IMG/VR virus record: IMGVR_UViG_3300015615_000629
Span: 288,001 to 352,000 of that record
From: a virus
Lineage: Duplodnaviria; Heunggongvirae; Uroviricota; Caudoviricetes
Length of the DNA stretch: 64,000 bases
Reading direction: 5' to 3' (one strand)
The notes under the pieces were generated by a model. That model was not told the origin of the DNA. It made no database searches and saw only the letters and a list, made by a program, of their open reading frames with translations. Below, piece after piece: positions 10,222 through 20,624 of this stretch (its first letter is position 1; every line of letters begins with the position of its first letter). Both the position numbers and the translations under genes were made by a program.

Positions 10222-10740
10222 TCATTTCATCAATTCCTTTAGGGTTAGCCTTTTGTCCGGTATGGCTAACGCACTTAATTTGTTAGGACTTACTAATATC
10301 ACGCCCTTCTTGAGTGCTTTTACAAAACAACGTTGCATGTGTATTTTTTCTATGCGATCCTCGCCAGCGAGCATTGTATTAAATTCAGACCGCCAAAAAC
10401 TATCTATAACTTTTTTACATAACCGTAGTGGAGATTTAGCAGTAATTTGTTCGTCCTCTTCTCCCATGCAAACCATACCATCTGATACCGAATAAACATT
10501 CGGTAGTATAATCCCACGCCCTTTTGATGTTTTTACTGCAACTCCCTCATCATCTGTCTCATAGTGGTTGTTAGATATCTTTATAAAAAGTATTTCAAAT
10601 ATCAACTCGGGAAAACTTACAAAATATGGTTTATCATCATAAAAGATAGTTCTGCTGTGTTTTGGCACCAACACCTTGCCCAAATATTCGCCCTCATCGT
10701 GGTCGCTGAGCCTCGGCAATGTGAAGAATTTGTATTTCAT
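10222..10740 (-). CDS. Prok-E2_D-like paralog 8
   Basis: PKHSRTIF; YFVSFP; LPNVY..DGMVCMG; FWRSEF. Confidence 0.65.
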   Translation of the reverse strand: MKYKFFTLPRLSDHDEGEYLGKVLVPKHSRTIFYDDKPYFVSFPELIFEILFIKISNNHYETDDEGVAVKTSKGRGIILPNVYSVSDGMVCMGEEDEQITAKSPLRLCKKVIDSFWRSEFNTMLAGEDRIEKIHMQRCFVKALKKGVILVSPNKLSALAIPDKRLTLKELMK

Positions 10741-10757
10741 TGTGGTATCGGCCCAAA

Positions 10758-11255
10758 TTAAGCCTTACGTTGCAAATCAAAGGCTGAGATTTCTTCGCCT
10801 AGAAACGTTGAATTAATCTTGTCTTCTGAAAGCGATATTTCCCCTTTTTCTATATCTTCAAAGAATTTATCTTCGGCGTCTTCCTCTTCCTCGGAATTAT
10901 CCAAACCAAGAAATTGATTGAATTCAGACATCCAAAAACTATCCAAGATTTTCTTACATAATTCAATTGCGTTTTTGTCTTTTATCGAGTTATCCAGGCC
11001 GGTACAAACAGTGCCTTCCCAATCTACATTGGGAAGATTTATACCATAGCCCTCTTTTGATTTGATAAGCAAATCGCAAAAATTAATGTTAAAATAAAAA
11101 CCATCCTCAATTATGAAATCTATTTCAAATACCAAATCCGGAAATCTGACATAATAAGGAGTCATTATGTAGAAAATAGTTCTAGAATGACTCGGTACAA
11201 ATACCTGTGCTATACAGCATTTTCTCTTTGAGTTTTCAAAAAACTTAATTTCCAT
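10758..11255 (-). CDS. Prok-E2_D-like paralog 9
   Basis: PSHSRTIF; YYVRFP; LPNVDWEGTVCTG; FWMSEF. Confidence 0.65.
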   Translation of the reverse strand: MEIKFFENSKRKCCIAQVFVPSHSRTIFYIMTPYYVRFPDLVFEIDFIIEDGFYFNINFCDLLIKSKEGYGINLPNVDWEGTVCTGLDNSIKDKNAIELCKKILDSFWMSEFNQFLGLDNSEEEEDAEDKFFEDIEKGEISLSEDKINSTFLGEEISAFDLQRKA

Positions 11256-11410
11256 GCCTTTTCTCGAATAAAATTAATTCTTTTTTGAGAAATTGCCGTT
11301 GCTTCTTTCTCGACTTTATTTCCCGAAGATCAGACTCATGCCACCATTCCAACCAGTGCTTTAAACAAAGTGCTGTTGGGGAAACATATTTGGCTTGTTT
11401 TGGGCATTTT

Positions 11411-11896
11411 TTACAAATCATCTCTAACTCGATAATCTTCTAATTCACCATTAATTACTTTAATCAGTATCGCAGTCCACCAAGACGGAGCAAATTGCCG
11501 ACCAATACTACAATCATACGAGGTAGGATCAAATCTAGATTGCCAAAAATAAGAAACTAGATTTTTAAGTTGCTCAGATACAGAGTCTTTAAATGGAATT
11601 ATATCGTTTCCCGTACACATCGAGCCACTATTACAATTTGGAAAACCAGAATATGTTATCACCCCATCTTTTTCAAAAAACACTATCAAACCGCCCCTGT
11701 TACTAGAAGAAGTGATGGCCCGCCAAAGAAAAAAATGTATCTTCGGCAGGTCTAAACAGACAGGCTTATTTCCTAAAATAACAGTCCTAGAACATGGCTC
11801 TTGCTCAGCATGAGCCATATGAACATCGAAATCGTAACCTGCCGTTTTAATAGTCTTTAGAGTCTTTGGTATTTTGTAACACTTGATCGGTCGCAT
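11411..11896 (-). CDS. Prok-E2_D-like paralog 10
   Basis: EPCSRTVI; LDLPKIHF; FPNCNSGSMCTG; FWQSRF. Confidence 0.6.
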   Translation of the reverse strand: MRPIKCYKIPKTLKTIKTAGYDFDVHMAHAEQEPCSRTVILGNKPVCLDLPKIHFFLWRAITSSSNRGGLIVFFEKDGVITYSGFPNCNSGSMCTGNDIIPFKDSVSEQLKNLVSYFWQSRFDPTSYDCSIGRQFAPSWWTAILIKVINGELEDYRVRDDL

Positions 11897-11902
11897 TTGG
11901 CC

Positions 11903-11930
11903 ATTATAGCACAGTCTGGACAGATGTAAA
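11903..11930 (-). promoter_or_regulatory. sigma70-type early promoter
   Basis: TTTACA-N16-TATAAT with TGTGC. Confidence 0.65.
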
Positions 11931-11931
11931 A

Positions 11932-12018
11932 TGAGAGTACACGGAATTGAACCGCTCGGCTATCCACCCGACTTTTTAGAGCCTTGTGTTCTACAGACAC
12001 ACGTCGGGAAATACTCTC
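11932..12018 (-). tRNA. Atypical tRNA-Tyr(GTA) lacking a conventional D-arm
   Basis: GAGAGTA/TACTCTC+A73; TGTGT-CTGTAGA-ACACA; GCGG-TTCAATT-CCGT; D-region CCCGAC complementary to GTCGGG in an enlarged variable region. Confidence 0.7.
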
Positions 12019-12314
12019 TAATGAATGAACTCAGGAAACGCATCAGGCTTGCTTTTTCTTATAGTTTGAACCGCCAGAGACTTTGCCATTTGTTCTGGCG
12101 ACCTACTGTGCGGAAAACTACTTTTCTCATCAAGTTTTAATTCGCCTTTAAATGCAATAACTTCTTCGAGAAAAGATTCGATTTCTGGGGCCAAGTCTGA
12201 TTCGGCCCGCGATGGCTCGGAAATAAATTCTATAAAATCGCCCAATAATTCTTCCCATAATGGAATATATTCTGGATTCTCTTGCATCGCTAAGCGAACA
12301 TGTTTGAAAAACAT

Positions 12315-12503
12315 TTAGCCTCCCATTCCACTTTCTAGGCGGAAACACATTTCCTCGATTGGCTTCAAACCTTCTCTTTCAATCACCTCAATTGGTGTTC
12401 TATTGTAAAAGAATCTATTTGGAGTTTTAAGCCAAGTTTCTATGAATTCTTCTTTAATCACCGATGATAGAAGAATTTTGGCTTGGTTGAGATTGTTGTT
12501 CAT
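12315..12503 (-). CDS. Xre/MbcA/ParS antitoxin C-terminal (DUF2384-like) domain
   Basis: WLKTPN..F..RTPIEVI...G...IE....RLESG. Confidence 0.7.
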   Translation of the reverse strand: MNNNLNQAKILLSSVIKEEFIETWLKTPNRFFYNRTPIEVIEREGLKPIEEMCFRLESGMGG

Positions 12504-12505
12504 AG

Positions 12506-12593
12506 TGACCGAGACAGGACTTGAACCTGCACGCCTTATTTATTCGGCACGGCGTTCTCATCGCCGCATGGCTGCCAATTACATCACTCGGTC
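12506..12593 (-). tRNA. tRNA-Leu(GAG)
   Basis: CGGCG-ATGAGAA-CGCCG; long variable arm; TTCAAGT. Confidence 0.85.
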
Positions 12594-13351
12594 TTATTTG
12601 CGGCTATTTTAGCCCAATAACCTCTAGGAGGTTTATTGATTCCTAAATTCTTTGCCCACTTAGCAATCGCATTATCACTCACGCCAAAATCTTTGGCAAT
12701 TTGCGTTGTTGGTTTTTCCCAAAGTAATTTTTCAAGTTCATCTTTGGTTGGGTGTGGAACTTTGTGTGGTTTCGGTCTTTTACGCCAATTGTTATCAATA
12801 GGATTGCCGGATTTTATTCTTTTATCTTTTCTTTTTGTTCTCGCTACACGATTAAACTCGCCAGTGTTCCCTGTTAATCCAGTTTGTCCTTTATTAAGTC
12901 CAAACGTAGATGTTTGACTATGGCAGTTTGGACACATAAATCTAAGATTTTCTTTTTTATTGTCTAAAAAATTTCCGTTGATATGATCAACATGCAATCT
13001 TATCTCTTTTCCTTGCCACATACCATTGCAACCACATTTTTCACACTTATACTCTCTCCCACTTTCAATTAGTGCTCGTCTAAGTCGAACACCATGTTCT
13101 CTTCTATACTGGGTTTTTCCTTCTACAAGAATTTTACTCCAATGTTGTTTTTTTGGAGACGTTTTTCCTCGACAATGACATTGACCTGTAAAATGAGATG
13201 AATCAATTTTAAGGTTTTTTATTTTATTTCTTATATTTGTATGGCTTCCTCCTCCAAATTTAATGCCTAATCTCCGCATTACCTCGGAGATGGACATAGA
13301 CTGTTTTACTGCTTCTTCAAGTTGTTCTTTTGTATATTTTGTGTAACTCAT
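12584..13351 (-). CDS. HNH homing endonuclease with flanking HTH domains
   Basis: CEKCG...LHVDHING...DN..ENLRFMCPNCHSQT; located between Leu tRNAs. Confidence 0.85.
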   Translation of the reverse strand: MSYTKYTKEQLEEAVKQSMSISEVMRRLGIKFGGGSHTNIRNKIKNLKIDSSHFTGQCHCRGKTSPKKQHWSKILVEGKTQYRREHGVRLRRALIESGREYKCEKCGCNGMWQGKEIRLHVDHINGNFLDNKKENLRFMCPNCHSQTSTFGLNKGQTGLTGNTGEFNRVARTKRKDKRIKSGNPIDNNWRKRPKPHKVPHPTKDELEKLLWEKPTTQIAKDFGVSDNAIAKWAKNLGINKPPRGYWAKIAANKTE

Positions 13352-13416
13352 ACCCTAAGAGAGTATGGCTTTACCAAATATAACTAAAAGATATCAAATT
13401 TTACGAAAATTTTAAG

Positions 13417-13490
13417 TAGCTCCGGCGAGATTCGAACTCGCAGCATCGAACGTTCTAAGCGTTCGTGGTCGTCCAGTTGCCTACAGAGCC
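13417..13490 (-). tRNA. tRNA-Leu(TAG), short variable arm
   Basis: GAACG-CTTAGAA-CGTTC; 74 nt. Confidence 0.85.
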
Positions 13491-13507
13491 AAATTGATAT
13501 TTTTAAG

Positions 13508-13581
13508 TAGCCCAGAACGGATTTGAACCGTTAGCATCGGATTTTTTGAAAATCCGTGGTCTTCCAGTTGCCTACTGGGCC
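13508..13581 (-). tRNA. tRNA-Leu(CAA), short variable arm
   Basis: GGATT-TTCAAAA-AATCC; 74 nt; paralog of the TAG copy. Confidence 0.85.
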
Positions 13582-13589
13582 ATTGAATC

Positions 13590-13611
13590 AAATTAAATTA
13601 TCAAAGAACAA
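13590..13611 (-). promoter_or_regulatory. boxA-like antitermination element, copy 1
   Basis: TTGTTCTTTGATAATTTAATTT; 21/22 identical to 53851-53872; resembles rrn boxA TGCTCTTTAACA. Confidence 0.65.
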
Positions 13612-13612
13612 A

Positions 13613-13687
13613 TAAGACGGGTGGGACTCGGACCCACAAACGAAGATTTTTAAAATCTTCCGCATTATCCAGTTAGCGTACCGTCTC
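13613..13687 (-). tRNA. tRNA-Leu(TAA), short variable arm
   Basis: AAGAT-TTTAAAA-ATCTT; T-loop TCCGAGT. Confidence 0.75.
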
Positions 13688-13691
13688 AAAG

Positions 13692-13764
13692 TGGTAAGGA
13701 TCGGAATCGAACCGATTTAGCGCCGTCTTCAGCGGCGTGCAATGACCACACCTGCTCCCTTACC
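13692..13764 (-). tRNA. tRNA-Phe(GAA)
   Basis: CGCCG-CTGAAGA-CGGCG; TTCGATT. Confidence 0.85.
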
Positions 13765-14028
13765 ATAAACTCTAAATATCGCTTGCTTTTCTATTTCTTT
13801 TATAGTCCCTTTCATGTCCTAACACGTATTCACCTTTCATTTTGGAATGAACGGCAAATACAGTCCAGCCATCGTCCCAACTGCCATCTTCTTGTTTTAT
13901 CTTTACTACATTTCCTTCAATGGCAAACTTTGAAGGAATCCACGAAACATCGCGTTGATAGCCGTTTTCAGTCGGCTTTCGTAATTCACATTGGTTATAG
14001 TAATCTGATTTATTCATAAAATTCCTAG

Positions 14029-14114
14029 TAGCCACAGCCGGACTTGAACCGGCAAGGGGTTTGCACCCCATCGGATTTTAAGTCCGATGCGTTTTCCAAT
14101 TTCGCCATGCGGCC
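14029..14114 (-). tRNA. tRNA-Leu(TAA), long variable arm
   Basis: TCGGA-CTTAAAA-TCCGA; canonical class II fold. Confidence 0.9.
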
Positions 14115-14117
14115 AAC

Positions 14118-14154
14118 AAAAAACCCTCAGTAACCACTTGGTTACTGAGGGTTT
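14118..14154 (-). terminator. Intrinsic terminator (attenuator 1) immediately 5' of tRNA array 1
   Basis: CCCTCAGTAACC-AAGT-GGTTACTGAGGG followed by TTTTTT; ends 3 nt before tRNA-Leu. Confidence 0.85.
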
Positions 14155-14180
14155 CGTATTCCCTAAGTCTAAGCGGTCAC

Positions 14181-14246
14181 TCAGCCATCGTCGCTATAGA
14201 GCGACAAGGATAAAAATGACAGGCTTAGACTAAACATCGCGTTCAT
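14181..14246 (-). CDS. Leader peptide 1 (21 aa, MNAMFSLSLSFLSLSLYSDDG)
   Basis: Read directly: ATG AAC GCG ATG TTT AGT CTA AGC CTG TCA TTT TTA TCC TTG TCG CTC TAT AGC GAC GAT GGC TGA; lies between promoter and terminator. Confidence 0.8.
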   Translation of the reverse strand: MNAMFSLSLSFLSLSLYSDDG

Positions 14247-14297
14247 TGTAGTGTATCTATTCTTCTCGTTTTGGTTTTTCTGCCACCGACTACAAAA

Positions 14298-14325
14298 ATC
14301 TTAGCACAGGATTTTCGTTTGTCAA
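14298..14325 (-). promoter_or_regulatory. sigma70-type promoter for leader 1 and tRNA array 1
   Basis: TTGACA-N16-TAAGAT with TGTGC extended -10. Confidence 0.7.
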
Positions 14326-16093
14326 GCGGGCGGCGAAAATTTTTCGACACCTTTGTAGTTTGTCCACGGATCACAACCGATTATAATATAGCCGGTTTCA
14401 GAGAACAACCTGCCAAGGTTATCCGGTTCAGGCATAATTTCCACAAACTTACCAGAAAAATCTCGATGTTCCAGGTTTCCCACATATGGATACGGCCTTT
14501 TGTCCCGTCGTCGAGTGAATTCTATTGTGTGACCATTTATCGATAGTACAAGATTATCGCCTTTTCGAACAACCAACATGGTTTGGGTGTCGGAGAAACT
14601 TCCGTGTTTGTGTCTGCAAACATCAACTAAATAATAATCGGCTTCCCCTTGGTCTATGACGTAACTGCTTGGGCGGACCTCTTCGTCTTCAAGTTCCAAC
14701 GGTGCTTTCCAACCAGAAGATATTTTGGACATAAAATGGAAATAACTTATATTGTGGGATAACTTGCCTTCTTTATCCCATTCCAACCTAACTAATTTTT
14801 CTAGAAAATAAACTACAATTCCACCTTCGCCTTCCCAACAAATCCAATTTGGTTCGTTCGTTGGGTTTGCACGAATTAGATTTCTGGCTTTCTCAATCGC
14901 CACTAAACTTGGTGAATAATAGCCATCGTCCTCTTCTTCGGGATTCTTGGCATATTCGTCAAGTATTTTTTCTGCTTCTTCGATAGTCATTTTAATACTT
15001 TAACTCCGCTCCCTCTGGTAGGGATTCCAACAAAGTATAGACATTTTCACCGCCAATAGGATTTTCTTCGGTTTTTGGAACGTCAATAAATTCTTTAAAT
15101 ACGATAAGAGGATCGGGGCAATCAATACCTTCCATCAATTTTGTAAGTTTTTTGGCACGCTTTGAAGTGCTTTCTAAAGCCTCTTCTTCACTGGATTCTT
15201 CAATGGCTCGGCAATCCAAATAGGAATAAAGGCGTTTGTTTTCTTTTTGTTGATAGAACCCCCAACGTTGATAAGTGGTTTTACCGTTAAGTTTAGATTT
15301 GGATACAATTTGGAGTTCTATTTCTCGATATTTTTCTTTGAAAATCCGCCCATATTGAATATCAACTGCTTCTGTTATTAGGCAATTTTTATCTTCTTTG
15401 AGCCATCGCCCTTCTTCGGCTGTCCAACCATTTTCTTCTAGAAATTTAGTATTTCGCTCAATGTAATCCAAACTTACAGCACTTAGGTTTTTTTCGTCGC
15501 CGACAAGAACGTATTCTTTGTTCATTAAACCATTCCGTGTTGTTCGTTTTCCTTCATCCTGCAAAGTTGTTCAAGCACCTCAATGTTAGCATAAAATTGC
15601 AACATTCTTAATCTATCAATTGTCGGAAGATCAGAAAGAACTTTTGGCAATTTGCCTCCGTTTCCGACATGTTCGAGTAATTTCTGGCTTAGTTCCACCG
15701 CTGCGGCGAAATTTCCTTCTCTATGAAGGTTACACATATCTTGCCAGCAAACATCGGGGTAAAAGTCGCTCAAAAGAAATCTCCTTTGTTTATTTCAATA
15801 CAATTCCAGGCACAGATTTTTTTAATTCTTCGGCCATTATGGCAAGTATTCTTTTGCGTTCTTCTTCTGTGAAATCTGTGCTGAATTCCAATTTTATTGA
15901 TTTTATTTTAATTGATTGACAATCTTGGCAATAATGTTTTGCGGGGTGATTTGGCCTACCGTCGTGTTCCTGTTGCCATCCCAATTTTGCGGCCGATTCT
16001 GATAACGATTCTCTAGATTGAGGAATAAAAGTTACACTTTTCCCACAAGTATCACAAATAAGATGCCGAGTTATTTTGTGCATTGTAGTTTAC

Positions 16094-17023
16094 TCAAAAG
16101 AAATCTCCTTGGTCGAAATACTTGAATCCCAATCTTTTGGCAAAAGTTTCATCGGTCGTTTGATCGCCGACGTAAATGCATTCTTTGGGATTCAATTTAT
16201 ATTTTTCGATCAAATAAACTCCCAAACCGCTTTGTGGTTTCCTACAATAGCAGGTTGGAGGGACATTATGTGGACAGAACACGTAATCAATATCGTGTCC
16301 TAGCAATTCATTTGTCTTATCAAAGCAGAGAACCGCGTTTTCTCTTGTTACTTGTTTTCTGGCAATTCCTGATTGGTTAGAAACGCCTAGCAGGAGATAG
16401 CCGTTATCTTTATATTCTTGTAGTTTTTCTTTTCTGTTTGGGAGAAGTTTGACTTCTTCTGGGTTGATAGGAAATTGGAATTCCCCTGTGGATTCTCTCA
16501 AAGTGCCATCATAATCGAGAATAAGTGCTTTGTTTGTATATTCGGATGGATTCCTTTTAAATTCTTTTTTGGTTATACTATTAAATCCTTCTTCTCTGGA
16601 AGGTTTTTTGAATTCTTTTCTATATTTGAAAAGGACAACGGCTGGGAATGTATTTGGATCTTTCTTGACTTCTTTAATTGATTCTAAGTCTAGGAATAGT
16701 TTTCCGTATTTTTGGTGCATCCTGTGAAGTGCGTTAATTTGGGCATCTTCGATGCTAGTTGCGACTAGGATGCAGTGAATTTCTGCTTTATTTTTATAGG
16801 CTAATTCTATAAAGGGTCGTCTACTTTCTACTGTTGGGAAGAGATTATCTAAGACTACATTTTTGCCTTGGCGTAGACAATTCTCCATTTTGGGCAACAA
16901 GTCGATAACTTCGCCGCCTTGTGTATCCCGATTCAGATGGATGTAGCCTTTTTCGATATATTCTTTTGCGATGGAGCTTTTACCGGAAGCGGGTGAACCG
17001 CAAATTAGAATTACTTCTGTCAT
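16094..17023 (-). CDS. Polynucleotide kinase/3'-phosphatase-like protein (P-loop kinase + HAD-IIIA)
   Basis: GSPASGKS P-loop; DYDGT, SNQSG, CRKP and VGD HAD motifs. Confidence 0.8.
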   Translation of the reverse strand: MTEVILICGSPASGKSSIAKEYIEKGYIHLNRDTQGGEVIDLLPKMENCLRQGKNVVLDNLFPTVESRRPFIELAYKNKAEIHCILVATSIEDAQINALHRMHQKYGKLFLDLESIKEVKKDPNTFPAVVLFKYRKEFKKPSREEGFNSITKKEFKRNPSEYTNKALILDYDGTLRESTGEFQFPINPEEVKLLPNRKEKLQEYKDNGYLLLGVSNQSGIARKQVTRENAVLCFDKTNELLGHDIDYVFCPHNVPPTCYCRKPQSGLGVYLIEKYKLNPKECIYVGDQTTDETFAKRLGFKYFDQGDFF

Positions 17024-17306
17024 GGGGAAATCTGTGGTTGGGGCGGTTTAAAGTTACCACGAACATCAAGCGGAACTGTATGTCCTGCTAATTCGACTGT
17101 TTTTGGGAAACCTTCTGGATTTTCTGGCTCGACTCTGAGTAAGAGGCAAGGGGTATAGAGAATCCCATTTTCTTCTGTGGTAGCGGAGTAAGAGACGCCG
17201 AGGGAGTAGGCACCCTGATAATCGCCTAAAATAAGGCGATGTAGTTCGCTACCGGCTGTCTCGAACGCTGTTTGTAATTCTTCGATGTGCATGTTATCCT
17301 CTTCTG

Positions 17307-17768
17307 TTATAATGTAATTTCTTGTAGAGTGTTTCTATAATTAGCTTTCTCTCCTAAGTTAAAATAAGGAGGTGCTGAGAATTTGCTTTCCCACAGATAG
17401 TTTATTATGTAGTCTACTGCGTCGGAGGGAATCTGTTTTACTATTAAGTTACGTTTATAATCTTCTCCAAGACAAATACCACCGCCGCAACACAACCATC
17501 CTGGTTCATCATAAAAATATTCATTATTTTTATCGAACAATAAGACGCTTATGTTTAGGGCGTAAAAAGTATTTTTGTTGCATTGTCTTAATAATATCTG
17601 ATAAAAACACCCTGGAATATCCCGATAAAATGCCTCTGTATAGAATTCGCAAGATAAGGCAAAGACGGTTCGTTTTCTTGGTGGCTCATGGACATGAGCC
17701 CAAAAATATTCTTCCGGTCTACCGCTAGCGGAATAATATTTTATCGTTCGTTTTTGGATTATATTCAT
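17307..17768 (-). CDS. Prok-E2_D-like paralog 11
   Basis: EPPRKRTVF; FYRDIP; GGICLG; LWESKF. Confidence 0.5.
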   Translation of the reverse strand: MNIIQKRTIKYYSASGRPEEYFWAHVHEPPRKRTVFALSCEFYTEAFYRDIPGCFYQILLRQCNKNTFYALNISVLLFDKNNEYFYDEPGWLCCGGGICLGEDYKRNLIVKQIPSDAVDYIINYLWESKFSAPPYFNLGEKANYRNTLQEITL

Positions 17769-18306
17769 CTGTTTTACTTTTTGAATTGGGCCAAGATTTT
17801 TCTACAATGTTTAGCGATTAGTTCTATATCTGGTTCACCTGCTTGGTGCCAAAATATTCTGCCTTCGATAGTACAAAATTCTGATATACTATATTCAATT
17901 AGTGGGGATTGGCACACGAAAATAAGGTCGCTTGATACGATGGGTTGAAGAACATTACGCTCGCGTTTAATAGGCTTTGTAAGTTTCTTTGCTATTTTAT
18001 AGAAAGCCTTTTCCTTTTTAAGGTCTGTTAAATATGCTCTTAACTGAAATTCTCTATTGCTCCAACTGGAATAATTCGAACAAATAGTTCCTCTAACCAA
18101 CCACGAAGGGTCTTTCAACAAATATGGTTGATAACCTTGAGCAGCGGCATTGTGTGTCGCCGCCAATAGGTCTTTTCTATATTTTGAAAAACTTTTCAAT
18201 ATTGGATCGTCGGTTTTCTTATCGACAATACTATTTTCGAGTTGTTCTAGGATGAATTCTGGATCGCTAGCCCAAGATGCAAGTCTGGACATCGACCATT
18301 GTTCGG

Positions 18307-18615
18307 CTATTTTGTCGAATTCTTTGTCCATGTGTCTAGCTTATCCTTTAAGCGGGCAAAGGCTTCATCGGCAGGATATAAGTCACCACGATTTGCCTGA
18401 TCGATACCGGCTTGCACATCGTCGCGTAAATTATTTTTGCCATACAGATTTATTGCCAACAAACAAGCACAGACCGCCATGCAATAGATGCCGACGGAGA
18501 CAGGAATTTCAAAATAGGGAATTTCATACATACCCATTACAACTGTTCCTAAAAGGCCGATTAGGAACAGTTGTAAACCTAAGAATCCAAGAAAGGAGGC
18601 TCGTTTGAGTTTCAT
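18307..18615 (-). CDS. Membrane protein with ParD-like antitoxin C-terminal helix
   Basis: Two TM segments, then LRDDVQAGIDQANRGDLYPADEAFARLK. Confidence 0.4.
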   Translation of the reverse strand: MKLKRASFLGFLGLQLFLIGLLGTVVMGMYEIPYFEIPVSVGIYCMAVCACLLAINLYGKNNLRDDVQAGIDQANRGDLYPADEAFARLKDKLDTWTKNSTK

Positions 18616-19089
18616 GTTTTTACCCCATTTTACTTCAATTCATTAGCAATGGCTTCCAATTCCATCTTAGCCCGCAATTCAGGGCTGATGATTGCATTGA
18701 GCCTTGTTTCGAGTGTGGCAAGCTTCTTTTTCTTGGCAGTGATTTGGATTCTGGTAATCCTTACCTTAATATCTTCAAGCCAATCACCTACGGTAAAGCC
18801 TTGCCAAGTGAATTCGGGCGGTTCTGTGACGCCAAGAGCCTTGGCGGCTGTATCGTAGGTCTTTTCCTTTTCAGCAAGGAATGCCGCAATACAGATTAAT
18901 TTGCGGACATCGCTTTCGACCTGCAAATTAGTTGCATCGGAGCCGCGTTCTGTATAAGAGAAAGAACAGTTGGTAGCAAAAACAGAACGTTCCGCCTTTG
19001 AAATTTCTTTCTTCTGGCGGGCAACTTCTGCAATTAGTTGCAGAGTTGTTTCGTCGGTTGTACCTTTTGCAGCCTTTACTTTGGCCATT

Positions 19090-20202
19090 TTAGCCGATTT
19101 CCTTTCTGTTGTCGTCGTTGTAGTAACGGGGATTGTAACCGGTTTGTCCAACTTTGAACTTTTGGCCGCTTTCCAATTCTACCCAAAGTTCTTGTTTGGT
19201 AGGTTCAACATATTCGTGTGTTGTTGTCTGGCTTCCGTAACTACGGCGTCCAGATTTAAACCAATATTGGTTTATTCTGTCAAAGACTAACATGTCATCT
19301 TTGATAGAAACTCTGAAGTTAAATGTTATTTGTTGTCCGTAATAGTGATCGTTGTAAGAATTACATTGGACATAGGTTCCTTCCGATTCTTGATATGTCC
19401 ATACACGTTCATTTTCGGCCTTTTTGGTAAAGAGCCTTACGGGCTTAGAACCATATTTAGTTTTATTGTATTTTTGGACAAGTTCGGCATAATTCGGAAC
19501 AATTATGTCGGATTGAATTGCCGCAATGTTTTTAGGTTCAACGAAAGCAAAGCCGGCTTTATCCCAACTTTCTTTTCCTTTTTCTCGCCAAAACACATGC
19601 TTGTGTTCGCTTTTCCCTTCATATTTACCATCAATATTTGTTCTAATTGAATGTCTAACGAACCTTCCAAGGTAAATCAGAGGTTCTTGTTTCTTGTTAA
19701 TATAAGTTGCTCCTGGGATTAGGTCTTTCGCCTTTACAGAAACCGTCTGTAATTCTGTAAAGTTCTTGGAATTCTTGTATTCTTGGGAATTCTCTGGGAG
19801 TAACACCAATTCCGTTCCACTCCAAGAATACACGAAATTACCTTCTAATCCCTTGCCTTTGCTACAGTTACATTCTCTTAGGATAAAGAGAAGATTAGCA
19901 AGAGAGATTTCGAACTCAAAATCTCTGGGATCGTAGACACGAATATATTCATTGCGGGCGTTCCAACCATAACTTTCGCGTGCTCCACCGACACCCTTAT
20001 TAAGAACAAAACCGGATGTAGGCGTATTTTCAAATTCAAGCGGCTTGATCTTGTGGTCTCGCCAAGATTGCCATGACTTTTCTTTCCTCAATACACCTTT
20101 CTTATCATAATAAATAACATAAGCTAGTTTGCCTGTATAAGTTCCTTGGCGATTTTGAAAACCAACATTGATCTTATCGGGGATGATGAGTTGGTCTTTC
20201 AT
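19090..20202 (-). CDS. Hypothetical protein (370 aa)
   Basis: Long clean ORF coupled to 18630-19151; no function recognised. Confidence 0.6.
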   Translation of the reverse strand: MKDQLIIPDKINVGFQNRQGTYTGKLAYVIYYDKKGVLRKEKSWQSWRDHKIKPLEFENTPTSGFVLNKGVGGARESYGWNARNEYIRVYDPRDFEFEISLANLLFILRECNCSKGKGLEGNFVYSWSGTELVLLPENSQEYKNSKNFTELQTVSVKAKDLIPGATYINKKQEPLIYLGRFVRHSIRTNIDGKYEGKSEHKHVFWREKGKESWDKAGFAFVEPKNIAAIQSDIIVPNYAELVQKYNKTKYGSKPVRLFTKKAENERVWTYQESEGTYVQCNSYNDHYYGQQITFNFRVSIKDDMLVFDRINQYWFKSGRRSYGSQTTTHEYVEPTKQELWVELESGQKFKVGQTGYNPRYYNDDNRKEIG

Positions 20203-20624
20203 TTCAAATTTCCTTATGCTGGATTACACGCCAAATGTGTTTCATTTCTGGCATTTCTAAAGAAACGAGAATGCAATCTTCGAGTGGCTTAACCACGCCT
20301 TCTGGGAAGGCTTCTTTTAATTGTTGAACAACTTCATCAACGGTCGATTCAGTGTTGTTTATACGATTGGCTATTTCTAGCAGGGGTTTGGGACATGGGG
20401 CGGCGGCACCTGCCCGGCCTGGGTGAGGATTGTAGAAGAATTTGGTATGTTGTGAGTGTCCAGCCATAAGTCAGCCGCCTTACCAGTTGCAACAAAGAGT
20501 TGAAATTTAAACAATCTTAAATCGAAAGCCCAATTGGACAAAGCCGTGTAATGGTGCTTCCAATTTACTTTCTTTGTTTTTGAATAATCTTTCTTGTCTC
20601 TTAGAGAGTGAAAACAGACTAGCA

